NCBI RefSeq assembly: GCF_900215575.1 | Contig: NZ_OBEJ01000001.1 | Location: 858,588-882,587 of the forward strand | Source: Natronoarchaeum philippinense | GTDB lineage: Archaea; Halobacteriota; Halobacteria; Halobacteriales; Natronoarchaeaceae | DNA length: 24,000 bases | Direction of reading: 5' to 3' | Shown: piece after piece, positions 8,351 to 15,783 of the stretch | How positions within the stretch are numbered: position 1 is the first letter of the stretch | Layout: each line of letters starts with the position of its first letter | Position numbers and translations under genes: made by a program | The notes under the pieces: model-generated | What the model was told of the DNA's origin: nothing | The model's database searches: none | The model's input: only the letters and a program-made list of their open reading frames with translations

Positions 8351-8375
8351 TAAAACTAACGCGAGGATACACAGC

Positions 8376-9356
8376 ATGGATATTACAATTCCAAATCTTT
8401 CGAGAGATACTGACCGCGGTCAGGTCGGTATCGAGACCCTGATCATCTTCATTGCGATGATCCTGGTTGCGGCAATCGCAGCGAGCGTACTAATCAACAC
8501 AGCGGGCTACCTGCAGAACCAGGCGTCCGCGACGAGCGAGGACTCCGAGGCGCAGGTGTCCAACCAAGTGCTCGTGCTGAGCTCGATCGGCGAGATCGAC
8601 ACGGAGTACGGCCCGGAGATGTCCTCTGCAAACGTCACCTTCGAGTTCGACAACAGCAGTGACGTCTTGCGATACGTCGACGACGACCAAGAATACGAGT
8701 TCACGTCTGATCGCGGTGACTTGCTGGTCAATACGTCAGGTGATAATGCCACTCTGACCGAGGCCAGCAACTTCGAGGCCGGCGACGTCTACGACCTCAC
8801 TAACGCACCCGGTGGCCTCGCTGACGACGATTCGATCAACGTCACGTGGGTCCCGTCTGCTGATGACGTGGATAACGTGAGCTGGAGCCTCAACATCAGC
8901 AGCGTTGGCGAAGACGCGACTGTGAACCTGAAGCCGACCAACGGCGCCACTGTCGAGTACAGAGTCCGATCTGATACGCAGATCTCGCACGTCAGCATGA
9001 CCGTCATGCAGTCGCCCGGTGCGAACGAGATCGACCTCGCAGGCGCATCCGTCGAGTACATCGGTCCCGACGGCGAGGCGACGCTGGGCTACAGCGAAAC
9101 CCCTGCCCTCGGAGCGTTCACCGTCAACGGAACGACCGACAACGACAACACGGCACCCGTCCTGACCAGCCGTCAGGACCGGTTCACGATCGGCATCGAG
9201 CTGACTGACGACGAAGGACAGGACCTCCGCTACCTGCAGGAGGGCGAGGAGGCAACGATCCGCATCGTCACGCAGTCCGGTAGCGTGGCCACCGCGGTGC
9301 TGAACGTCCCCGAGTCGCTCAGCTCCTACGACGGCAGCGACGCGGTCGAACTGTAA
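8376..9356 (+). CDS. arlA: Archaellin (archaeal flagellin), unusually long at 326 aa
   Basis: Class III signal peptide and processing site in [15 protein letters not shown]|[50 protein letters not shown]. This is close to the canonical haloarchaeal RG|[29 protein letters not shown]. The mature part has 8 N-x-S/T sequons. A GAGGA lies 8 nt upstream of the ATG. Confidence 0.92.
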   Translation: MDITIPNLSRDTDRGQVGIETLIIFIAMILVAAIAASVLINTAGYLQNQASATSEDSEAQVSNQVLVLSSIGEIDTEYGPEMSSANVTFEFDNSSDVLRYVDDDQEYEFTSDRGDLLVNTSGDNATLTEASNFEAGDVYDLTNAPGGLADDDSINVTWVPSADDVDNVSWSLNISSVGEDATVNLKPTNGATVEYRVRSDTQISHVSMTVMQSPGANEIDLAGASVEYIGPDGEATLGYSETPALGAFTVNGTTDNDNTAPVLTSRQDRFTIGIELTDDEGQDLRYLQEGEEATIRIVTQSGSVATAVLNVPESLSSYDGSDAVEL

Positions 9357-9543
9357 GCGGTACCGAACCGCTTTCGCGGCTCTCTGGATGGAGATTCTCT
9401 GACGGACGCACGGAGCGTGCATCCGACCGCGCTGATGCGGTCCACGTTTCCGTCGCCGCGACGCCGGAGATCGGCGTCGTCGACGCGACGGGATTCATTT
9501 TTCGACACCGATAGTTGCCGAGTAGTTGTTACTCTACGATCAA

Positions 9544-9555
9544 TTAGATATATAC
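9544..9555 (+). promoter_or_regulatory. TATA-like box of the REC-GAF-HTH_10 regulator gene
   Basis: TTAGATATATAC lies 34-45 nt upstream of ATG 9589. Confidence 0.4.
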
Positions 9556-9588
9556 GTCGGGTTTGGTAACTACGGATATCTGACTTGC

Positions 9589-11709
9589 ATGACGGATAGG
9601 ATTCACGTGCTGCATCTCGACGACAACGAGCGGTTTCTCGACGTCGTTTCTACGTTTCTGGAGGCTGACAACGACGATATCGACGTGACATCGGAGACAG
9701 AGGCCGAGGCGGCGCTCGATCGGCTCGACGGCCCCGAGCGCATCGACTGCGTCGTCAGCGACTATCGGATGGGACCGACAGACGGGGTTGACTTCCTGCG
9801 CTCGGTCCGGGAACGCGATCCTCGGCTTCCGTTCATTCTCTATACCGGCAAGGGTAGCGAGGAGGTCGCAAGCGAGGCGATCACACAGGGCGTCACCGAC
9901 TACCTTCAAAAGAAACACACCGATCAGCAGTACGACCTGCTGGCCAACAGAATCAGGAACGCGGTCGACCGGACGCGAGCAGAGCGTCACCTCGCCGAGC
10001 GCGAGCAGATGCTGACAGGGCTCCACGAGGGACTGCGCTCGCTGATGCGAGCGGCCACGCGCGAGGAGATCGCGGATCTGGCGGTCGACATCGCCGACGA
10101 CGTGATCGGACTGCCGTGGATCGCGGTCTACCTGCTCGACGAGTCAGCCGGCGTGTTGCGCCCAGTGTCATACGTCGCCGACGTGAAGGGGTTCGACGAC
10201 GAGCCGCCGACGTTCATCGGCGGTGAGAGTTTAGCTTGGGACGCGTTTGTCGACGGTGAGGCGCGTCGTCACGAGGACGTGCAAGCCCACGAGACGGTCT
10301 ACACCGGAGAGACGAATCTCAACAGCGAGTTGAGTGTCCCGCTCGGCGACCACGGCGTCTTGCTCGCGGGGACGACCGACGATGCCGAACTGGACGATGC
10401 CACAGCGGAGTTTGTCGAGATTCTCGGCGCCAACGGCAAGGCGGCGCTCGACCGCGCCGAGCGCGAGGCGACGCTGCGCGAACGCGACCGCGAACTCGAA
10501 CGCCAGAACACACAGCTCAAGCGTCTCAACCGGATCAACACGGTGATCCGCGACATCGATCAGGCGCTGGTGAAGGCGTCGACCCGCGCCGAGATCGAAC
10601 AGGAGGTCTGCGAGCGACTGGTCGATATCGACCCCTACGCGTTCGCGTGGATCGGCGGCTACAGCGACATCAACGAGACGATCCGGCCGCGTGCGAAAGG
10701 TGGCGACGAGCAGCAGTATCTCGGAAATATCAACCTCGACGGCACCGACAACCCGGTCCAGCAGACGCTGCAAGACGCCGAAACGCAGGTCGTCCAGAAC
10801 ATCTTCGAGGACGACCGAATCGGGAGTTGGCGAAAAGAGGCGCTGAAGTGTGGCTTCCGGTCGGTTGCGACCGTTCCACTGGTGTATGAAGGGGCGGTCT
10901 ACGGCGTCTTGCAGATCTACGCCGACAGGCTGGACACATTCGACGAGGAGACCGAGAGCGTGCTCTCGGAACTGGGTGAGACGATCGGCTACGCGATCAA
11001 CGCGATCGACCGGAAGGAGGCGCTGATGACCGACAGCGTCGTGCAGGTGGAGTTTCGGGTGCCCGACGCCGACGACTTCCTGTACGACCTGTCGGCAGAC
11101 ACCGCAAGCAACGTCGACCTGCGGACGATCCTCCCCCAGTCAGACGGCAGTCACCTCATTTTCTACTCGATCGCCGACACCGATCCCGACGACGTAATCG
11201 AGTTCGCGGAGAGCGCCAGCGGCGTCTCGGACGCCCGCTTGATCAGCAAGCGCAACGGCACCGCCTTGTTCGAGTGTCGGACCGCCAACGACACCATTGC
11301 GACGACCGTCGCCGACCACGGCGGCGTCCCGCGGACGGTGCGAGCCGACCCGAACGGCGGCCGCGTCGTCGTCGACCTCCCGGAGGTCGCGGAAGTGCGC
11401 TCGTTCGCCGAGCGGATCACCTCGGCGTACCCCTCGGTGGAGTTCGTCGCCCGGCGCGAACGTACCAGCGCCGCCCGGAGCAAGCGGTCGTTCCGCGAGC
11501 AGTTGGACGATCACCTCACGGATCGCCAGCGCGAGGTGCTGGAGGCGGCGTACTTCTCTGGCTACTTCGAGTGGCCCCGCGAGAAAACCGGGGAGGAGAT
11601 CGCCGAGGCTCTCGGCGTCGCGCCGCCGACGTTCAACCAGCACCTCCGAGCCGGCGAGCGAAAGCTCTTCGAGACGCTGTTCGAACCCGACGCCCACGAC
11701 AAGGCGTAG
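9589..11709 (+). CDS. Response-regulator receiver / GAF / GAF / Bat-type HTH_10 transcriptional regulator
   Basis: The REC domain has the acidic pair LHLDDN, the phospho-acceptor in CVVSDYRMGPTDG, then ILYTGKG and DYLQK. Two GAF-like regions are separated by the coiled coil REATLRERDRELERQNTQLKRLNRIN. The C-terminal LTDRQREVLEAAYFSGYFEWPREKTGEEIAEALGVAPPTFNQHLRAGERKLFETLF is the HTH_10 (bacterio-opsin activator type) motif. I chose ATG 9589 (MTDRIHVLHL) over the track's 9526, because a TATA-like TTAGATATATAC sits at 9544-9555, inside the longer ORF. Confidence 0.88.
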   Translation: MTDRIHVLHLDDNERFLDVVSTFLEADNDDIDVTSETEAEAALDRLDGPERIDCVVSDYRMGPTDGVDFLRSVRERDPRLPFILYTGKGSEEVASEAITQGVTDYLQKKHTDQQYDLLANRIRNAVDRTRAERHLAEREQMLTGLHEGLRSLMRAATREEIADLAVDIADDVIGLPWIAVYLLDESAGVLRPVSYVADVKGFDDEPPTFIGGESLAWDAFVDGEARRHEDVQAHETVYTGETNLNSELSVPLGDHGVLLAGTTDDAELDDATAEFVEILGANGKAALDRAEREATLRERDRELERQNTQLKRLNRINTVIRDIDQALVKASTRAEIEQEVCERLVDIDPYAFAWIGGYSDINETIRPRAKGGDEQQYLGNINLDGTDNPVQQTLQDAETQVVQNIFEDDRIGSWRKEALKCGFRSVATVPLVYEGAVYGVLQIYADRLDTFDEETESVLSELGETIGYAINAIDRKEALMTDSVVQVEFRVPDADDFLYDLSADTASNVDLRTILPQSDGSHLIFYSIADTDPDDVIEFAESASGVSDARLISKRNGTALFECRTANDTIATTVADHGGVPRTVRADPNGGRVVVDLPEVAEVRSFAERITSAYPSVEFVARRERTSAARSKRSFREQLDDHLTDRQREVLEAAYFSGYFEWPREKTGEEIAEALGVAPPTFNQHLRAGERKLFETLFEPDAHDKA

Positions 11710-11786
11710 GGTCGGCCGACGCCGACAATACACTGCGCGAGACCAGTCGGTAACACTGATTGGGACGGGGAAACGACACGGTACCG

Positions 11787-13469
11787 ATGACCGAGTGGCT
11801 TCGTCGCGCTGTCGGGTCGATCGGTGCCGTCGGGTTGATCGTCGTCGCCTACGCGGCGATCTACCAGTTCGGGATGGCTCAGTTCGAGGGGGAGATGGTC
11901 GGCTTCGTCCACTCGATTCAGGTCGTCGTCGAATCGCTGACTACTGCGGGATACGGCGGCGACTCGCCGTGGGAAAGTGCGCTGATGAACGCATTCGTCG
12001 TCACGATGAACCTCACCGGCGTGTTGCTCGTCTTCTTCGCGGTTCCGGTGTTCGTGGTCCCGCTGATCGAAGACGCCATCGAGACTGAGGTGCCGACCTC
12101 GATCGACGAGACGGGCCACGTCGTGATCTGCGGGCACACCTCGATCAGCGAGTCGCTGCGGACCGAACTGGACGCCATCGACGTACCGTACGTGTTCGTC
12201 GTCGAGGACCACGACCACGCCAGAGACCTCCACACCGAGGGCTGGCCGGTCGTCGTCGGCGACCCGACCGCGACGCGGACGCTCGAATCGGTGAGTCTCA
12301 CCGACGCGCAGGCGTTGATCGCCAACGTCGACGACGAGGTCAACGCCAGCATCGTGCTGGCGGCGCGTCAGGTCGCGCCCGACAGGCGGATCGTGAGCGT
12401 CGTCGAAGACCAAGACACCCACGAGTACCACGAGTACGCGGGCGCCGACAGCGTCATCCAGCCCCGCAAAGTGCTCGGCGAGAGCCTCGCGCGCAAGGCG
12501 ACGACCTCGCTGTCGACCGAACTCGACGACGCCGTCGAACTGGACGACGATCTGGCGGTCGCCGAGTTACGCATCCATCAGGGAAGCGACGTGGCCGGCA
12601 AGACGCTCGGCGAGGCCGAAATCCGCGAACGCTTCGGCGTCAACGTGATCGGCAGTTGGCACAGCGGGGAGTTCCTGCCGGCGCCGAACGCCGACCGGCG
12701 TCTCGACGAGAACACGATCCTCGTCGGTGCGGGCCACCGAGACGACCTCGCGGCGCTCAAGAGCCAAACGATCACGTCGGGTGGCAAACGCCGCGGCCAC
12801 ATCGTCCTCGTCGGCAGCGGCGTCGTGGGCCAGACCGCGGCGAGTGCGATCCGGGACACTGGCCGGGAGGTCGTCGTCGTCGACTGGGACGCCGAGACGG
12901 GCGCCGATGTCGTCGGCGACGCCCGGGACCGCGAGACCTACGTCGAGGCCGACATCGAGGACGCCGCCGCCGTCGTGCTGGCGCTTGGCGACGACACGGC
13001 GTCGGTGTTTGCCTCGCTCGTGCTCGAACAGGTCGCGCCGGACGTGGAAGTGAACGCCCGCGCGAACGAGGACGACAACGTCCCGAAGCTCTACCGGGCT
13101 GGTTCGGACTACGTCGTCTCGCTCTCGTCGGTGACCGGGCGGATGCTGGCGACGAACCTGCTCGACGAGGAGGTGCTGACGCCCGAATCCCAACTGGAGC
13201 TGATCCGGACGAACGCGCCGAACCTCGCCGGCCGAACGCTCGGCGATGCCGACGTTCGGGCCGAGACCGGCGCGACGGTCGTGGCGGTCGAGCGCGACGG
13301 CGAGATGAACGCGGACCTCGGTCCGGCGTTCGAAATCCGACAGGACGACGTGTTGCTCGTTGCAGGTGACGACGAGGCCATCGCCGAGTTCTCCGATCTC
13401 GCTGGCGTCTCCGCGATCGAGCAAGTCGCACACGGCGAGGACACGACCCGGCCGTGGGAGGACGACTGA
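11787..13469 (+). CDS. Two-TM potassium channel with two tandem RCK (TrkA-N/TrkA-C) modules
   Basis: The order is TM1 (AVGSIGAVGLIVVAYAAIYQF), pore helix plus filter (SIQVVVESLTTAGYGGDSP), then TM2 (AFVVTMNLTGVLLVFFAVPVFVVPLI). Two Rossmann-type TrkA-N regions follow (HVVICGHTSIS and HIVLVGSGVVGQTAA). Each is followed by a TrkA-C-like segment (AGKTLGEAEIRERFGVNVIG and AGRTLGDADVRAETGATVVAVER). I chose ATG 11787; the track's TTG at 11760 is less likely. Confidence 0.85.
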   Translation: MTEWLRRAVGSIGAVGLIVVAYAAIYQFGMAQFEGEMVGFVHSIQVVVESLTTAGYGGDSPWESALMNAFVVTMNLTGVLLVFFAVPVFVVPLIEDAIETEVPTSIDETGHVVICGHTSISESLRTELDAIDVPYVFVVEDHDHARDLHTEGWPVVVGDPTATRTLESVSLTDAQALIANVDDEVNASIVLAARQVAPDRRIVSVVEDQDTHEYHEYAGADSVIQPRKVLGESLARKATTSLSTELDDAVELDDDLAVAELRIHQGSDVAGKTLGEAEIRERFGVNVIGSWHSGEFLPAPNADRRLDENTILVGAGHRDDLAALKSQTITSGGKRRGHIVLVGSGVVGQTAASAIRDTGREVVVVDWDAETGADVVGDARDRETYVEADIEDAAAVVLALGDDTASVFASLVLEQVAPDVEVNARANEDDNVPKLYRAGSDYVVSLSSVTGRMLATNLLDEEVLTPESQLELIRTNAPNLAGRTLGDADVRAETGATVVAVERDGEMNADLGPAFEIRQDDVLLVAGDDEAIAEFSDLAGVSAIEQVAHGEDTTRPWEDD

Positions 13470-13476
13470 CGGTACT

Positions 13477-13483
13477 CTTATAG
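13477..13483 (+). promoter_or_regulatory. TATA-like box of bioB
   Basis: CTTATAG lies 24-30 nt upstream of the GTG at 13507. It sits in the only AT-rich patch of the 37-nt intergenic gap. The spacing implies a leaderless or near-leaderless transcript. Confidence 0.4.
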
Positions 13484-13485
13484 TT

Positions 13486-13517
13486 CTGTAAACTGCGCTT
13501 GCTAGCGTGGTTTACGA
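13486..13517. promoter_or_regulatory. BirA-operator-like inverted repeat overlapping the bioB start codon
   Basis: Left arm cTGTAAACt (13486-13494), a 14-nt spacer, then right arm GGTTTACgA (13509-13517). The bacterial bioO/BirA consensus is TTGTAAACC-N14/15-GGTTTACAA, so 7/9 and 8/9 positions match. The right arm overlaps GTG GTT TAC, the first three bioB codons. A TATA-like CTTATAG lies at 13477-13483. Confidence 0.4.
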
Positions 13518-14661
13518 AACAGGAAACCGAACGGTCGACGACGCCGTCCGTCGCGTGCTCGACGGGGAGCGCCTCGACCGCCGGGACGGACTCGCGCTGA
13601 TCGCCCAGCCGGTCGGCGACCTCGCACCGGCGGCCGACTACGTCCGGTCGGAACTGGGCGACGACACGGTCGACGCCTGCAGCATCGTCAACGCCAAGGC
13701 GGGCAACTGCGCCGAGGACTGTGGGTTCTGTGCCCAGTCGGTCCACTTCGACACCGGGATCGACAACTACGGCTTTCTCGGTCCCGAGAAAGTGCTCGAA
13801 GCCGCCAAGCGCGCCGAGCGCGACGGCGCCCAGCGCTTTGGCATCGTCGTCGCGGAGAAAGGTGTCTCGAAGGAGCGCCGCCCCGACGAGTGGGACGACG
13901 TGATCGAGGCGATCCGGCTCGTCCGCGATGAGACCGACGTGGAGGTCGACGCCAGCCTCGGCATCCTCACCGACGAGGAAGCCGAGATCTTGGCCGAGGA
14001 GGGGCTGAATCACTACAATCACAACATCGAAACCTCGCCCCGATTCTTCCCCGAGATCGTAGACAGCCACAGCTTCGAGGACCGCGTCGCCACCCTCGAA
14101 GTCGCCAAAGAGGCCGGGATGGACCTCTGTGCCGGCGTCATCCTCGGGATGGGCGAGACGCCGACCGACCGGGTCGACGCCGCCGTCGCCCTGCAAGAGA
14201 TCGGCGTCTCCTCGCTTCCGGTGAACGTGTTGAACCCGGTCGCCGGGACGCCGTTGGCCGATCGGCTGGACGGGACGGCCGACATCACCACCGAGGAGAT
14301 CGTCAAGACGGTCGCCGTCTACCGACTGCTCCACCCCGAGGCTCGCGTCCGGCTCACAGGCGGCCGCGAGGTCAACCTCGACGCCGACGAGCAGCATCTG
14401 CCGTTTGAGGCGGGCGCCGACGGCATCCTCACGGGCGATTATCTCACCACCGGCGGCCAGTCACCGGGCGAGGACATCGAGGCGATCGAGCGGGCGGGAC
14501 TGGAGCCAAACACCCAGGTGAACGAGTTCGACCCCGAGGCGGTGAAAGCTCGGGGCGACGACACCGCGACGGACGACGGCTCCGCGACGGATCCCGACGA
14601 CGCCGCAGTCGGCGTCGACACCGCGGCGGGAACGGCGACGAGCGAAGCGACCGACGATTAG
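13507..14661 (+). CDS. bioB: Biotin synthase BioB (radical SAM)
   Basis: CxxxCxxC motif in GNCAEDCGFCAQS. Also conserved: YNHNIETS and GREVNL...FEAGADGILTGDYLTTGGQ. GTG start. It has an acidic C-terminal extension of about 50 aa. Confidence 0.93.
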   Translation: MVYETGNRTVDDAVRRVLDGERLDRRDGLALIAQPVGDLAPAADYVRSELGDDTVDACSIVNAKAGNCAEDCGFCAQSVHFDTGIDNYGFLGPEKVLEAAKRAERDGAQRFGIVVAEKGVSKERRPDEWDDVIEAIRLVRDETDVEVDASLGILTDEEAEILAEEGLNHYNHNIETSPRFFPEIVDSHSFEDRVATLEVAKEAGMDLCAGVILGMGETPTDRVDAAVALQEIGVSSLPVNVLNPVAGTPLADRLDGTADITTEEIVKTVAVYRLLHPEARVRLTGGREVNLDADEQHLPFEAGADGILTGDYLTTGGQSPGEDIEAIERAGLEPNTQVNEFDPEAVKARGDDTATDDGSATDPDDAAVGVDTAAGTATSEATDD

Positions 14662-14677
14662 CGCACACCGACCAATC

Positions 14678-15757
14678 ATGAACGAGATCGACTTTGCGGT
14701 ACTGGGAACCGGCGGCATCGGACGACGAACGCTCGAAGTGAGCCAGCACAAAGAGCAGCTGCGGCCCGTCGCGGCCTGCGATCGCAACGGCATTGCCCTA
14801 GACCGCGACGGCCTCGATGTCGAGGAGTTGCTGGACGCGACGGAAGGAAACATCGCGGGCGACGGGCGCGGTGACACGGACGGCCCGGACGCGGCGACCG
14901 ACGGCGGCGTCGCCACCGACAGCGGCGGCGTCAAGCAGACCGGCGAGGGCGCCGGCATCGTCGCCTCCGAGCAGGGCGAGCCGACGGCGACGCCGATCGA
15001 CGACGTGATCGCGGTCGCCGAGGACCTCGACGCCGTGCTCATCGCGCTGCCGAACCTCGAACACGACTTCATCCCGCGGATCGCAGACCGGTTTGCCGAC
15101 GCGGGCTACTCCGGCGTCCTGATCGACGTGCTCAAGCGTTCGCGGGTGATCGGCATGCTCGACGAGCGCGCCGAGACGTTCGAGGAGGCGGGACTGACGT
15201 TCGTCTGTGGCGCCGGCGCGACGCCGGGATTTCTGACTGGCGCGGCCGCGCTCGCGGCCCAGTCGTTCGTCGAGGTACACGAGATCGACATCTGGTGGGG
15301 CGTCGGGCTGAAATCAGGCTACAAGGACAACCGCGGGACGGTCCGGGAGGACATCGCCCACCTCGACGGCTACGACATCGAGACGGCGCGAGACCTCAGC
15401 GACGACGAGATCGAGGAGATCGTCGAGGCCCACGACGGCGTGCTGGAGTTCCACGACATGGAACACGCAGACGACGTGCTGTTGGAGCGGGCGGGGATCT
15501 GTGACGCCGAGGACGTGACCGTCGGCGGCGTCCTCGACGTTCGGTCCGACGAGAAACCGACGACGACCACCGTCACGGTGACGGGCACGACCTTCGACGG
15601 CGAGCGCGCGACCAACACGTTCGAGTTGGGCGACGAGACGAGCATGGCCGCGAACGTCAACGGGCCGGCGCTCGGCTACCTGCAATCAGCCGTCCGGCGC
15701 AACCGCGCCGGCGAGTACGGCGTGTTCGGGCCCGCCGAGTTGATGCCAGGGTTCTGA
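14678..15757 (+). CDS. NAD(P)-binding Rossmann-fold dehydrogenase-like protein, 16 nt downstream of bioB; candidate BioU-type substitute for BioA
   Basis: GxGxxG at the N-terminus (FAVLGTGGIGRR). An acidic low-complexity insertion of about 45 aa spans residues 55-105. Same strand as bioB, starting 16 nt after its stop. No aminotransferase (bioA) is present in the window. The fold class is supported by the motif; the BioU function is inferred from context only. Confidence 0.55.
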   Translation: MNEIDFAVLGTGGIGRRTLEVSQHKEQLRPVAACDRNGIALDRDGLDVEELLDATEGNIAGDGRGDTDGPDAATDGGVATDSGGVKQTGEGAGIVASEQGEPTATPIDDVIAVAEDLDAVLIALPNLEHDFIPRIADRFADAGYSGVLIDVLKRSRVIGMLDERAETFEEAGLTFVCGAGATPGFLTGAAALAAQSFVEVHEIDIWWGVGLKSGYKDNRGTVREDIAHLDGYDIETARDLSDDEIEEIVEAHDGVLEFHDMEHADDVLLERAGICDAEDVTVGGVLDVRSDEKPTTTTVTVTGTTFDGERATNTFELGDETSMAANVNGPALGYLQSAVRRNRAGEYGVFGPAELMPGF

Positions 15758-15783
15758 GCCAGTCGGGTAGCCGTGAGGTCCTG

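Noticed and set aside
9326-9508. 60-aa minus-strand ORF in the archaellin-regulator intergenic region
   Set aside because: It overlaps the archaellin 3' end, is Arg-rich, and has no motifs or promoter or SD context. The region is better explained as a 3' UTR and terminator (small hairpins at 9357-9379, T5 at 9495-9499) followed by the regulator promoter.
9526-9588. Upstream extension of the regulator ORF (MLLYDQLDIYVGFGNYGYLTC)
   Set aside because: The extension starts at a non-ATG codon and covers the AT-rich TATA-like TTAGATATATAC. It uses atypical A/T-ending codons. The receiver domain begins right after ATG 9589.
12772-14397. 541-aa ORF on the minus strand spanning the K+ channel and bioB
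   Set aside because: It is antisense to two genes that carry unambiguous motifs. Its translation is dominated by R/P/A/G/S runs (RRRRPRCRPRRRSRGPGRRRR), which is typical of stop-poor shadow frames in high-GC DNA. It has no recognisable domain.
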